32,000 bases of DNA from Wolbachia endosymbiont strain TRS of Brugia malayi (GTDB lineage Bacteria; Pseudomonadota; Alphaproteobacteria; Rickettsiales; Anaplasmataceae), in assembly GCF_000008385.1 (NCBI RefSeq), contig NC_006833.1, positions 120,001 through 152,000 on the forward strand, in the 5' to 3' direction. The translations under genes and the position numbers were made by a program. Below are positions 1 through 10,190 of this stretch, in pieces (within the stretch, counting starts at the first letter, position 1; each line of letters opens with the position of its first letter). The notes below the pieces were generated by a model that worked only from the letters and a program-made list of their open reading frames with translations, did not search any database and was not told the origin of the DNA.

Positions 1-739
1 ACTTGCAAAACAGTTAGCAAAGAGTATGGGCATGAACCTCATACGTTTTGATATGTCTGAATATATGGAGTCTCATTCTATATCTAGAATAATTGGTTCT
101 CCTCCTGGATATGTGGGTTACGATCATGGTGGACTACTTACAGAATCTGTGTCTAATAATCAGTATAGTGTTGTTCTTCTTGATGAAATTGAAAAAGCTC
201 ACAGTGGTATTCACAATATATTACTACAAATCATGGACTATGGTTGTGTTACAGACACTTATGGACGTAAAATTAATTTTTCCAATATAATTTTAATTAT
301 GACAACCAATGCAGGGGTATTTGAACGCAGTAAGAACTCTATTGGCTTTGGATATAAAAATTTCAATATTAGTGATAGCGAAAAAGTAATGGAACAGGTT
401 TTTAGTCCTGAGTTCTGTAATCGTCTTGATGAGGTTATTTCTTTTTCTGACTTAAATATGGATGTGATTTTGCATATTGTGGATAAATTCGTTCAAGAAT
501 TGAAAAAACAACTTGCACAAAAAGGCATAAGCTGCTTAGTGGAAGGAAAAGTAAACTCTTATCTTGCGCAAATCGGTTACAGTAAGAAAATGGGAGCACG
601 CCCAATAGAGAGACTGATTGAAAAGGAGATAAAGAGTTACTTAGCTGAGGAAATACTGAACCGTCGACTAATTAAAGGAAGAAATTTAAGGGTTTATATG
701 AATAGGCAAAAGGATAAAATTTCCTTCGATATAACTTAA
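1..739 (+). CDS. clpA: ATP-dependent Clp protease ATP-binding subunit ClpA, C-terminal part (5' end outside window)
   Basis: Frame is open from base 2 (LAKQLAKSMGMNLIRFDMSEYME...). Contains GSPPGYVGYDHGG, VVLLDEIEKAH, ILIMTTNAGVF, FSPEFCNRLDEVISF and GARPIERLIE, typical of the Clp/Hsp100 second AAA module. Confidence 0.93.
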   Translation, partial: LAKQLAKSMGMNLIRFDMSEYMESHSISRIIGSPPGYVGYDHGGLLTESVSNNQYSVVLLDEIEKAHSGIHNILLQIMDYGCVTDTYGRKINFSNIILIMTTNAGVFERSKNSIGFGYKNFNISDSEKVMEQVFSPEFCNRLDEVISFSDLNMDVILHIVDKFVQELKKQLAQKGISCLVEGKVNSYLAQIGYSKKMGARPIERLIEKEIKSYLAEEILNRRLIKGRNLRVYMNRQKDKISFDIT

Positions 740-800
740 AATTCTTGTGTTGAATTTCATCTTTGCTATAATTTATAATTTAAGTTCAATTTGAGTTATA

Positions 801-1703
801 GTGATAATAAGTGATAAAGTAAGACAAATCCTAAGCTACTATGAGAGTGAAAATCCTGGGGTGAGAGCAAACCTCACTCGTATTCTCATGCATGGAAAGC
901 TTGGTGGTACTGGTAAATTAGTAATTCTCCCTGTAGACCAAGGATTTGAGCATGGGCCAATAAAGAGCTTCGAAGTTAACCCTCATGCTTATGATCCGCA
1001 TTATCATTTTCAGCTTGCAATTGATTCAGGAGTGAGCGCGTACGCTGCTCCACTTGGTATGATTGAAGCTGGTGCTTCAACTTATGCTGGAATGCTTCCA
1101 CACATTTTGAAACTTAATAGTTCCAACTCTTTGCATTCAAAAAGTTTGACTTCCGATCAAGCAGTCACTGCTTCTGTAAAAGATGCACTACGTTTGGGCT
1201 GTACAGCTGTTGGATTTACTATATATCCTGGTTCTGCTAAGTGTTTTGATATGATAGAAGAAGCTCGTAAAATCATTGCTGAAGCTAAGTCTTATGGGCT
1301 TGCAGTTGTATTATGGTCTTATCCACGTGGTGAAGGCATTTCCAAAGAAGGTGAGACGGCAGTTGATGTTATTGCTTATGCTGCACATATAGCAGCTTTG
1401 CTTGGTGCTAATATAATAAAAGTAAAACTTCCAACTAACCACTTGGAAAAAGAAAAAATAGAAGCTGGAAATATTAAGTCATTATCCAAAAGGATTGAAT
1501 ATGTCAAAAAATCTTGCTTTGCAGGAAAAAGAATAGTAGTTTTTTCTGGTGGTGAGTCGAAGTCAGTAAATGATATATATAATGAGGCAAAAGAAATTAA
1601 ACAAGGTGGGGGTAATGGTTCAATTATTGGGCGTAACACTTTTCAACGAAAGAAAGAAGAAGCTTTATCTATGCTAAAAGATATAATGGATATCTACACA
1701 TAA
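801..1703 (+). CDS. fbaB: Class I fructose-bisphosphate aldolase (DhnA/FbaB type)
   Basis: 300 aa ORF with ILPVDQGFEHGP, YGLAVVLWSYPRG, ANIIKVKLP and GNGSIIGRNTFQR motifs. Confidence 0.9.
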   Translation: MIISDKVRQILSYYESENPGVRANLTRILMHGKLGGTGKLVILPVDQGFEHGPIKSFEVNPHAYDPHYHFQLAIDSGVSAYAAPLGMIEAGASTYAGMLPHILKLNSSNSLHSKSLTSDQAVTASVKDALRLGCTAVGFTIYPGSAKCFDMIEEARKIIAEAKSYGLAVVLWSYPRGEGISKEGETAVDVIAYAAHIAALLGANIIKVKLPTNHLEKEKIEAGNIKSLSKRIEYVKKSCFAGKRIVVFSGGESKSVNDIYNEAKEIKQGGGNGSIIGRNTFQRKKEEALSMLKDIMDIYT

Positions 1704-1708
1704 AAAAC

Positions 1709-1780
1709 GGCTGGGTGGCAGAATGGTTTATGCGGAGGACTGCAAATCCTTTTATACCGGTTCAATTCCGGTCCCGGCCT
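1709..1780 (+). tRNA. tRNA-Cys (anticodon GCA)
   Basis: Acceptor stem GGCTGGG/CCCGGCC with one G-T wobble, discriminator T, anticodon loop CTGCAAA on stem GAGGA/TCCTT, T arm CCGGTTCAATTCCGG. CCA is not encoded. Confidence 0.95.
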
Positions 1781-1885
1781 CTTCTATAGCTTGTAAAGGT
1801 TGCTTAATTTGACAGTAACTTTAAGTATCTATTTAGGAGTGCGGCAGAGAGAGTTTTCAAGCAAGCACGACTAAGTAGGTTAAAT

Positions 1886-2200
1886 GTAGCAATAAAAAAC
1901 AAGACTAAAAAACTACTTGACAAGCTTCGCTAGCCTTCTTACCACAAAACTGGAGCTATTTTATATAATTTTCCAGTCGCGCAGATTAAAATGACAAGAA
2001 GATCTTTTATTTGGTGTACTATGTTACCGTATGTCTTTAATAAAATTTTTAGCTTCTTGCCTATAAAAGCTGAAGCTCGCTTGTAAAGCATTTAAGATAT
2101 CACCCAACGTCAAATTTTTAAAATGAAGAGTTAGTAACTAGCTACTTTGGATTTTTTTGCCTTTTTTTTATTTAGTAAATTTCTTAAATATTTTTAGCTA
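1886..2200 (+). repeat. Dispersed intergenic repeat, copy 1 (R1)
   Basis: Shares AACTACTTGACAAGC, CAGATTAAAATGACAAGAAG, AAGCTCGCTTGTAAAGCATTTAAGA and TTTGCCTTTTTTTTATTTAGTAAATTTCTTAAATATTT with the copies at 11.2, 18.5, 25.8 (reverse) and 30.3 kb. Confidence 0.85.
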
Positions 2201-2223
2201 CCGCCATCCCAATTAATAAAATA

Positions 2224-2380
2224 AAAAATATTTCTCCTGTCTTTGAGAAATTTGTTATATTAGCTGTGGCTACTGGCTTTCATTTTTAATAGCATATTTT
2301 TTCTTAAGTAGTTAAATGGCCATTTTACAATGAATTTTGTCAGTAACCACACTAAGTTTCTTGGTTGCTATGCAACAAAG
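2224..2380 (+). repeat. ~156 bp dispersed element, copy 1
   Basis: AAATATTTCTCCTGTCTTTGAG...TTAAATGGCCATTTTACAATGAATTTTGTC...GCTATGCAACAAAG aligns over its length to the reverse complement of 11748-11903. Confidence 0.8.
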
Positions 2381-2399
2381 TTCAGTAGCTATATATAAC

Positions 2400-2842
2400 T
2401 TGAATTTATCTATGGTGTGCATTATGAGGTTGTCTTTCTTAGATTCAAAAATTACTGTCTACTTTACTCCATGAGAAGATTATGCTCAGCAAGTAATTAA
2501 TACAATAGATCAATCTGAGAAATCCATTTTGGTTCAATAATACAAATTTACTCTTGAGAAAGTGGCTAATTCTCTAGTTGAAGCAAAAAAACGTGGCGTT
2601 GATATTAAAATTATTCTAGATAAATCACAGCACATTCAAAACATAGTGTTATGCACAAGTTATTTGAAGAAGGAATACCAATTTGGGATTGATTACAAGC
2701 CAGAAATCGCTCATAATAGAATATTAATTATGATGACCACAAGGTTATTACAGGGTTGTCCAATCTCAGTGATACAGCTGAAGAAAGAAATGCTGAAAAA
2801 TTACTAACTATTGCGAATTATCCTGAGATTACTGGGTAATAT
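2400..2842 (+). pseudogene. Phospholipase D superfamily nuclease remnant
   Basis: Three-frame translation gives FTPWEDYAQQVINTIDQSEKSILVQ, then YKFTLEKVANSLVEAKKRGVDIKIILDKSQ, then IAHNR...DDHKVITGLSNLSDTAEERNAEKLLTI. Matches PLD-nuclease HxK-type architecture, broken by frameshifts. Confidence 0.8.
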
Positions 2843-2927
2843 AGAAAAAATTGGGAAGTGTAGCAGTTATAATCTCACAGTACCCATTCCAGCAATTGTG
2901 TAGGAAGTTAATAGAAAAATATTGAAA

Positions 2928-3100
2928 AAAGTATCCGTTTAGAGGTGTAAGCAAAAAAAACCGTCAAACAAACACAGGTGTTAAAATAAGGTAGGCTAAA
3001 CATAAAAAAAATATGGTTTCTAGTATTTTTGGGATAAAAAATGGACTTTTAAAACCTTCATAGTAGGCCTTTTATCTACACTCCTGAATAGATACACTTT
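2928..3100. mobile_element. Short element with imperfect terminal inverted repeats (MITE-like or deleted IS)
   Basis: Left end AAAGTATCCGTTTAGAGGTGTAAGCAAAA against reverse-complemented right end AAAGTGTATCTATTCAGGAGTGTAGATAAAA. No obvious target duplication. Confidence 0.4.
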
Positions 3101-3199
3101 AAGCATGTTTGATAAGCCTAAGTTTACTTAGCCACATACGAGTTTAAAAATTCAACTCCTTTGATAAATCGATAATTCTTTCTATCGTTTTGGTTTATA

Positions 3200-3940
3200 A
3201 CTATTATATTCAGTATTACATCTGTTATAAGGTTACCAGAAGGAAGATAATATAATTTATTTGTTACCTAATTACACTACCATTTTCGTAGAAGAATTGT
3301 TCGTTTAGAAGCCTTGCCATATGATCTCACCTCAACAATTTTAGCGCGTTTATTATTCTACAAAGCAGCAGCAACTATTTCAGATGCAGATGCAGATTTT
3401 TCATTAATTAATACTATTACAGATAATCCAGAAAATATATCTCCTTTGCTTGCTTTGTAATATTTTTTCTCTTTACTTTCCTCAGTAACTGTTTCTCCAC
3501 CATCAAAAAAACTATCGCATATTAATACTGCTTGAAAAAATAATAAGCCGTAATTATCTCTCAAATCTAGAATTATATCTTTTATGGTACTGTTATTTTC
3601 TTTAATGTTGAACCATTGCTTTCTGAAATGATTGTCAGAGTTTTCATTAAATTCAGAAATTTTAATGTAGACTATATTGTCTATAATCTTATTTGAAACA
3701 GTATTTATTTGAAGTTGCATTGTCTTGAATTCTTCACTATCAAAATAGTAAGAATATGAATCTAGTTTAGAAAATATTTCATCTATTGCATATTCAAAAC
3801 AAGAGTTTTTTGATTAATGGGCCAGACATACTCCTTTTCTATTTTTTGATTATGTTCTCGAATAATTCAATATGGTCTATTTGTTGAGCAAATGAACCAT
3901 AAGTAAATAAGGATAAAATAATAACAATAATAAATTTCAT
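3200..3940 (-). pseudogene. Carboxy-terminal processing protease (CtpA-like, S41) remnant
   Basis: Minus strand: MKFIIVIILSLFTYGSFAQQIDHIELFENIIKK*, shifted IEKEYV, SKLDSYSYYFDSEEFKTMQLQI, YIKISEF, IILDLRDNYG, VIVLINEKSASASEIVAAAL, RAKIVEVRSYGKASKRTI. Several frames. Confidence 0.82.
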
Positions 3941-4062
3941 GAAGAGAGTTTATCTATGATTCATAAGTAGAATCAACGAAAATGTCTTCTTTTAAAGTTA
4001 TGGTTATACTCTGCATTTTGTGGTAGAAAATAAGCTAAGAGTAAGTAGAGTGTTTTACAAAA

Positions 4063-5103
4063 ATGATACTACGTAATTTACTGTTTTTGCTGCCGCCTGA
4101 AATTGCTCACTCCTTAGCGATCATGATGTTGAAAAGGATCTCTTATAGAAAACCTATAGAACTACCAGAATCTTTAAGTGTGAACTGCTTTAATAATAAA
4201 TTTAGGAGTCCTGTAGGTCTTGCTGCAGGTTTTGACAAAAATGCAGAAGTTATCAGGTCCATGCTTTCATTTGGTTTTGGGTTTATTGAAGCTGGTACTG
4301 TAACTAAGCATCCTCAATATGGAAACGCAAAACCGAGAATTTTTCGGTTAATTGAAGATCAAGGAGTAATAAATAGATTGGGATTCAATAACAAGGGAAT
4401 AGACTATTTTTTAAAGCAAATAAGTGAAACCAAGCTTGATGACTGTATTTTAGGTATAAATATAGGGAAAAATAGTGCATCGAAGGACCAAGTCAGTGAT
4501 TACATTGACTTAATAAAGATGGTGTATGGGAAAAGTAGTTATATAGTGCTAAACATCTCGTCTCCGAACACACCTAATTTACGCAATCTGCACAATAGGC
4601 AAGAATTATCAGAGTTGTTAAAATCCATAACCCTAACCAGAAAATCAATTGATAATTCCGAATCTGTTCCAATAATGTTAAAAATTTCTCCAGATATAGA
4701 TCAGCAGACAAAGGAAGATATTGCTGGGCTTGCGTTAGAGTATAAAATTGATGGCTTGACAATAAGCAACACTACAGTCAGTCGAGATAACTTACATTCT
4801 CACCATAATGAAAGTGGTGGATTAAGTGGCAGACCATTGTTTAAGCTTTCAACAGAGTTATTGAGTGACATATACAAACTTACTCAAGGCAAGATATTAT
4901 TGATAGGGTGTGGAGGCATTTCAAGTGGTGCCGATGCATATAAAAAAATAAAGGCAGGGGCATCTTTAGTGCAATTATACACTGCTCTCATATATCACGG
5001 ACCTCGAGCTGTGAATAAAATTAATCTGGAACTTGCAGAGTTAGTGAGGAAAGATGGACTGAGTAATATTGGTGAGGCAGTGGGTTGTGATTGTAGATTC
5101 TAG
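4063..5103 (+). CDS. pyrD: Dihydroorotate dehydrogenase (quinone, class 2)
   Basis: 346 aa; NKFRSPVGLAAGFDKNAE, GFGFIEAGTVT, QYGNAKPRIFRL, VLNISSPNTPNLRNL, ISNTTVSR, LSGRPLF, IGCGGISSGADAYKKIKAGASLVQLYTAL. Confidence 0.97.
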   Translation: MILRNLLFLLPPEIAHSLAIMMLKRISYRKPIELPESLSVNCFNNKFRSPVGLAAGFDKNAEVIRSMLSFGFGFIEAGTVTKHPQYGNAKPRIFRLIEDQGVINRLGFNNKGIDYFLKQISETKLDDCILGINIGKNSASKDQVSDYIDLIKMVYGKSSYIVLNISSPNTPNLRNLHNRQELSELLKSITLTRKSIDNSESVPIMLKISPDIDQQTKEDIAGLALEYKIDGLTISNTTVSRDNLHSHHNESGGLSGRPLFKLSTELLSDIYKLTQGKILLIGCGGISSGADAYKKIKAGASLVQLYTALIYHGPRAVNKINLELAELVRKDGLSNIGEAVGCDCRF

Positions 5104-5147
5104 AAGCTTGTTTTAATAGAATAAAACTAATTTTTTGGTATAAAGAT

Positions 5148-5882
5148 ATGATGGGTGATACTCCTTTTAAAGCAACAAGCATGGAAGACTTGAACGACAC
5201 TATATCTAAGATCATTAACTATAGATTTAAAAATGATGCGATATTAGAGGAAGCATTAACTCATCCAAGCTTAAATAAAAGAAATAGTAAAAATCAAATT
5301 GAAAATTACGAAAGGCTAGAATTTTTAGGCGATAGTATTTTGAATATGATTGTATCTGCTATACTGTTTAGATTATTTCCTAAAGAAAAAGAAGGGGCGT
5401 TGGCAAGAAGAAAAACGGATTTAGTTTGTGGTAATACCATTGCTAATGTTGCTAAAGAAATAAAGTTGGGTAACTTTATTATCATGAATAACAGTGAACG
5501 TTGCAATGGAGGAAAACGTAACCTAAAGAATTTAGAAAATGCACTTGAAGCACTAATAGGTGCAATTTACATTGATGGCGGATTCGCAAATGTTAAAAAA
5601 TTTGTTACCAAGCATTGGGAAGAGCGGGCCAAAGGCATGCTCAGTCTCCCTCAAGATCCTAAAACTTCACTGCAAGAGTGGACTCAGAAAAATAAGTTAC
5701 CCTTACCAGAGTATGAGCTTATGAAACAAACTGGACCAGCACATAGTCCTGAATTCACTATATCAATTTGCATAGAGAATTATGGTAAAGTTTTTGCATG
5801 TGCTTCTAGTAAAAAGGTTGCTGAACAAAAAGCTGCTGAATTAATGCTAGAAAAGATTAATAATAGTGAAAAGACAATTTAG
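5148..5882 (+). CDS. rnc: Ribonuclease III
   Basis: 244 aa; ALTHPSLNKR, YERLEFLGDSILNMIVSAILF, GNTIANVAKEIKLG, ENALEALIGAIYIDGG, then a C-terminal dsRNA-binding domain (DPKTSLQEWTQKN...ASSKKVAEQKAAELML). Confidence 0.96.
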   Translation: MMGDTPFKATSMEDLNDTISKIINYRFKNDAILEEALTHPSLNKRNSKNQIENYERLEFLGDSILNMIVSAILFRLFPKEKEGALARRKTDLVCGNTIANVAKEIKLGNFIIMNNSERCNGGKRNLKNLENALEALIGAIYIDGGFANVKKFVTKHWEERAKGMLSLPQDPKTSLQEWTQKNKLPLPEYELMKQTGPAHSPEFTISICIENYGKVFACASSKKVAEQKAAELMLEKINNSEKTI

Positions 5883-6015
5883 CTTGAACAAAAACGGACA
5901 AGTTTTAAGAAAGCTAAGACCACAAGTTTTAGTATTTAGCGTTGCTGCTGCCTGATGAAAACAAAATTAAATACATTTTTAATATTTTTATAGAAACCTA
6001 TTAGAATGGTTTTGT

Positions 6016-7536
6016 ATGCTTTTTCTAATGGCTATTTTAAAATGCTTGATGCTTCTTTTTATCATTTTTTGTGTATGCCTACCTACTCAAGGATATGATA
6101 AAAGCCTTACTGAAATAGAAGGTGAAGATCATCATGATATAAGTGAACACGGCTGTTCGGTAGAGCAATGTAAAAATGAAATCTCTCTTTCAGAAGGCAA
6201 CGGACCAGCAGTACCAGAAATTGTGCCTTTGCCTGTAGAGTTTCCTGATCTTACAGTCAGCAGTCAACTTATTTCTATTAATGTTAGTGAAGAAGTGTCA
6301 GTAAAGGATTTGCTGATTGAGATAGGAAAACTCTCTGATATTAACTTGGATATAAACCCCAAAATATCAGGTAATATTATTTTAAAGCTAAAAGATAAAA
6401 ATATAAATGAAGTAATCCAGAGTATAGCTGATAGCGCTAAACTGCGTTATTCAACAAGTAATGGTGTGATTAAAATTGAGCAGGATTTACCATACGCACA
6501 AAACTACTACGTAGATTTCATCAATATTCAACATTCTGCTCAGAGTAGTTTTATTGTTAATAACAATATTACTAGCGGCAATAGAGGCAACGCTGATGAA
6601 GATTGCAATAGTGTTATAAAGTCTCAATATAGCAGTGATTTGTGGAATTCATTGGAAAAAGGTCTTAATGCAATAATGGACATTAACGGGGTGGATAATA
6701 AGGAATTTCTTTCATCCAACAGAGAAACAGGTGTTATTATTTTAAATGCTAGAAAAAGTATCCATAAAGCTGTTGAAGAATATATTAATAAGGTTAAACA
6801 ATTGGCATCTTCTCAAGTGATGATAGAGGCAAAGATAGTTGAGGTTGTGTTAGACGACAAATACCTTTCTGGTATTAACTTAAATGATTTATGCAATGTA
6901 AATAAACCTGTGGTGAATCAAGATAATTCTATTATTGATCTTGCGGTAAATTTCGGTGCAAGTGACCTAGGGAATTTAGTGAAAAGTTTAGACAAATTTG
7001 GCACTTCAACTATAATTTCAAGCCCCAGAGTACATGCCATAAATAATTAGCAGGAAATGATTTCATTCACTAAAAATCACATTTATTTTACTTATGACAT
7101 ACAAAAAAATACTAAAAATTCAAATCAGATCTTAGTGACCAAAATGAATAGCGTGCCAATAGGTGTCGTGTTAATAGTTCATCCAAGCATTAATACTGAT
7201 ACTAGTGAAATATTCATGAATATACACCCAACTTTATCAAGAATTAACGGCTACACTAAAGATCCAAATATAGAGTACATCGCACAGCAGAGTAGAACAA
7301 AATTGAATAGCAATATTCCAATTGTTGAAATTAGAGAAATGAACTCTATGTTAAAGATCAAGAGTGGTGAAGTTATGGTAATTGGTGGACTTATAGAGCA
7401 TAGAGAAGATAAGCAAAGCTTTAAAGCCGCATTAAGTCAGAAGTCAAAGAGACTAGCAGACAACATGAGAACAGTAGAAACTGTCATCTTTTTAAAAGCA
7501 ACAATTGTGCCAACATTTAATTTGTTGGATAAATAA
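6016..7536 (+). pseudogene. Secretin (PilQ/GspD-like) gene interrupted by one in-frame TAG at 7048-7050
   Basis: ORFs 6016..7050 and 7057..7536 are in the same frame; the join reads ISSPRVHAINN-TAG-QEMISFTKNHIYF. Secretin features: STN-like N-terminus, VMIEAKIVEVVLDD, KSGEVMVIGGLIEHRED. Confidence 0.8.
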
Positions 7537-7570
7537 AGATAATAAGACTTGTATATACATTGAATCGTTA

Positions 7571-8386
7571 CTAAAAATTAAATATTAAGCCAATTTCAAT
7601 GTTATGGGTTGATATGTCATCTGCAATAGGTATCGGAATGCTAAAATAACGGTAGCCGAGGAAGGTTTTAATTTCTGGGATTATCGAGTAACTAACACCA
7701 AGCTTTACTTGATAAGCAAACCAAGGAACGTTCAGTGGCATCGAGTTTTGAGGTGACCCATTGATCTTTCTTAATCTAAAAACCGTTGGTCCTATACCAA
7801 GGCCGACGTAAGGAGCAATTTGTGTATCTTGAATACTGGGATTATAGTAAAAGTTTAACAAAAATGCAAATATACCAGCTGATCTATCAAATATCGGAAA
7901 AGAATTGCCATTTTTAATGTTGACCTTAGAATACATGGTTTCGAAATCAATACGGCCGTTTTCTCCAGCATAGTAGCCTAAAGATATACTGTTAAGCCAC
8001 TGGAAATCAATTTCATCATCAAACTTTTTTACGCTTTCAATCTCATCTGCTACCATATTTTTTATTATAGTACCATAACGGCTCTCAACTAAAGTAGGAA
8101 CTCTTTCTCCAATTGCTTTTATACCATTCACAAATGTTTCTGAGTTATCAGAGTATATTTTACCGCTATTAGCGCTAACATAAAAATCAAGTTTTTTATC
8201 CTTTACTGATATAACCTCTCTTCCATTATATTTTCTAGATTTGTGGCATGTAGATTCATCTGCAAGCATTAAATTTTCCACAAACTGTCCATCATTTGAA
8301 CAACTTTCATTAGCATGAATAGGAAAAAAGCTAATACATAAGATTAGTAATGCATCAAAAACAATAGATCTTTTCATCATAAACAA
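7571..8386 (-). CDS. Surface antigen / WSP-P44-Msp2-like outer membrane beta-barrel protein
   Basis: 271 aa with signal-peptide-like N-terminus, IAPYVGLGIGPTVFRL, FAYQVKLGVSYSIIPEIKTFLGYRYFS and terminal aromatic (IGLIFNF), a Rickettsiales surface antigen pattern. Confidence 0.75.
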   Translation of the reverse strand: MFMMKRSIVFDALLILCISFFPIHANESCSNDGQFVENLMLADESTCHKSRKYNGREVISVKDKKLDFYVSANSGKIYSDNSETFVNGIKAIGERVPTLVESRYGTIIKNMVADEIESVKKFDDEIDFQWLNSISLGYYAGENGRIDFETMYSKVNIKNGNSFPIFDRSAGIFAFLLNFYYNPSIQDTQIAPYVGLGIGPTVFRLRKINGSPQNSMPLNVPWFAYQVKLGVSYSIIPEIKTFLGYRYFSIPIPIADDISTHNIEIGLIFNF

Positions 8387-8422
8387 GTTTACAATTTATA
8401 GTGCTTTCCTCATATCAAAAAA

Positions 8423-9658
8423 TTAGGGAATAATACTTCCAACTAAGTAACCACTTTCCATTCCTATAATGGTAGCTTTTACAATACTTTTAGCTTGAAT
8501 CTTTGATGTAAACTTTACTAATGCAAAATTTTCTGCTCTACCAATATTATTTTGCTCAACTAGAACACTTTGTTTAGTGCCTATCAAAGATTGATAAAAG
8601 TTACTCATCATTGCTTTATTTATTTTCCTTAAGTTTTTTACTCTTTCTTTACGCACATTCTCTGGCACTTGTGGCATTCGTGCAGCTGGTGTATTTTTCC
8701 GCTTCGAATATGGAAAAGCGTGTAGATAAACTGTATTTGTTTCTTCAAGTAGATTAACTGTATCCTGAAACATCTCATCAGTTTCCGTAGGAAATCCAGC
8801 AATAATATCAGCACCATATGCTATATTAGATCTCAAACTTTTCACTTTATGACAAAATTCTATCACTTGTTCCCTACTATGACGACGTTTCATTCTTTTT
8901 AGAATTAAATTATTACCAGATTGTAAGCTTAAGTGTAAATGTGGCATAAATCTTGATTCATTAACTATTAAATCCATTAATTCATCATCAACTTCAGCAA
9001 CATCAATAGAAGAAAGCCTGAGCCTCTTTAGTTCTGGCACATCCTTTAAAACTCTTCTGACCATTAAACCAAGTGAAGGTTTGCCAAATAGATCTGTACC
9101 AAAATCAGTAATATCAACTCCTGTAAATACTACTTCTTGATAGCCATTTGCTACGAAAATCTTGATTTGCTCAATAATATTGTTTATTGGTACGGATCGG
9201 TTATTCCCTCTTGCTTCAGTAATCGAGCAAAATGTGCAGCTATGATCACAGCCATTTTGAACTTCAATGAATGCTCTTGATTTATCTTTGAATTTATCAA
9301 TTAGAGCAGGTTCTGACTTACTTGCCTGGTTATCGTTAACTAATATTTTATTGTTACTTAATAAGTAATTTTCGGTCTTTAGCTTATCTTGATTACCTAA
9401 CACTTTACTCACACCAGGAATATTACTATACGATTCAGGGTCTAATTGAACGGCACAGCCAACTACGATAATTTCTTTATTTGGGTCATTTTTATAAATC
9501 TTACGTATTTTTTGTTTTACTTGACGTTCTGCTTCATTTGTCACTGCACAGCTGTGTACCACTACAACATTTTCTCTCTCTGCTTTTCTTAATGCTTCCT
9601 TAATTAACTCACTTTCGTAAAAATTTAGGCGGCAACCAAATGTCACTACTTCATTCAT
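8423..9658 (-). CDS. mtaB: tRNA (N6-threonylcarbamoyladenosine-C2) methylthiotransferase MtaB
   Basis: 411 aa; TFGCRLNFYESE, VVHSCAVTNEAERQ, radical-SAM motif VQNGCDHSCTFCSI, GVDITDFGTD, HLHLSLQSGNN, ADIIAGFPTETDEMF. Confidence 0.93.
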   Translation of the reverse strand: MNEVVTFGCRLNFYESELIKEALRKAERENVVVVHSCAVTNEAERQVKQKIRKIYKNDPNKEIIVVGCAVQLDPESYSNIPGVSKVLGNQDKLKTENYLLSNNKILVNDNQASKSEPALIDKFKDKSRAFIEVQNGCDHSCTFCSITEARGNNRSVPINNIIEQIKIFVANGYQEVVFTGVDITDFGTDLFGKPSLGLMVRRVLKDVPELKRLRLSSIDVAEVDDELMDLIVNESRFMPHLHLSLQSGNNLILKRMKRRHSREQVIEFCHKVKSLRSNIAYGADIIAGFPTETDEMFQDTVNLLEETNTVYLHAFPYSKRKNTPAARMPQVPENVRKERVKNLRKINKAMMSNFYQSLIGTKQSVLVEQNNIGRAENFALVKFTSKIQAKSIVKATIIGMESGYLVGSIIP

Positions 9659-9836
9659 GCTAGGCTTTAATAGGCTTTACAATTTAATTATTATATCAGA
9701 CATCCAGGTAAAGTCATTAAACCTCTTAACCATAACAAGTGGTAACCCTATGTTTCTATAGACCTGTTCTTCTACATAAACCCTGAACCTATATCAATCC
9801 ACTCTCTAAATCTTTCTTTGAAAAATGAGCCTTATT

Positions 9837-10190
9837 TTAATCATTTATAACCTTTGGCACTACAAAATACCCATGCTCAGATTTTGTATTAGATAGTATC
9901 TCCTCTTTCATGCTCTGGAAATTGACAACGTCGTCGCGTACGTGAATATCCTTATCTATACTGCCATAGCGTATAGGGGAAACGTCTTTAGTATTAACTC
10001 GCAATAAAATGTCATGTATCCAATCTAACATTGTCAGTTCTTTGGAGTAATGCTCTATTTCGTCATTTGATAACTTAATTCTTACAAGCTGTGCGATTTT
10101 AAGCATTTCTTCCCTAGTGATTGTTACTTTTCTCTTATTTACAAATTCTATTAGCGAAGTGATGACATCTTCTGCTGACCTAGCTGGCAT
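9837..10190 (-). CDS. gatC: Aspartyl/glutamyl-tRNA amidotransferase subunit C
   Basis: 117 aa; ITREEMLKIAQLVRIKLSNDEIEHYSKELTMLDWI...DDV...ILSNTKSEHGYFVVPKVI. Overlaps the prs 3' end by 11 bp. Confidence 0.9.
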   Translation of the reverse strand: MPARSAEDVITSLIEFVNKRKVTITREEMLKIAQLVRIKLSNDEIEHYSKELTMLDWIHDILLRVNTKDVSPIRYGSIDKDIHVRDDVVNFQSMKEEILSNTKSEHGYFVVPKVIND

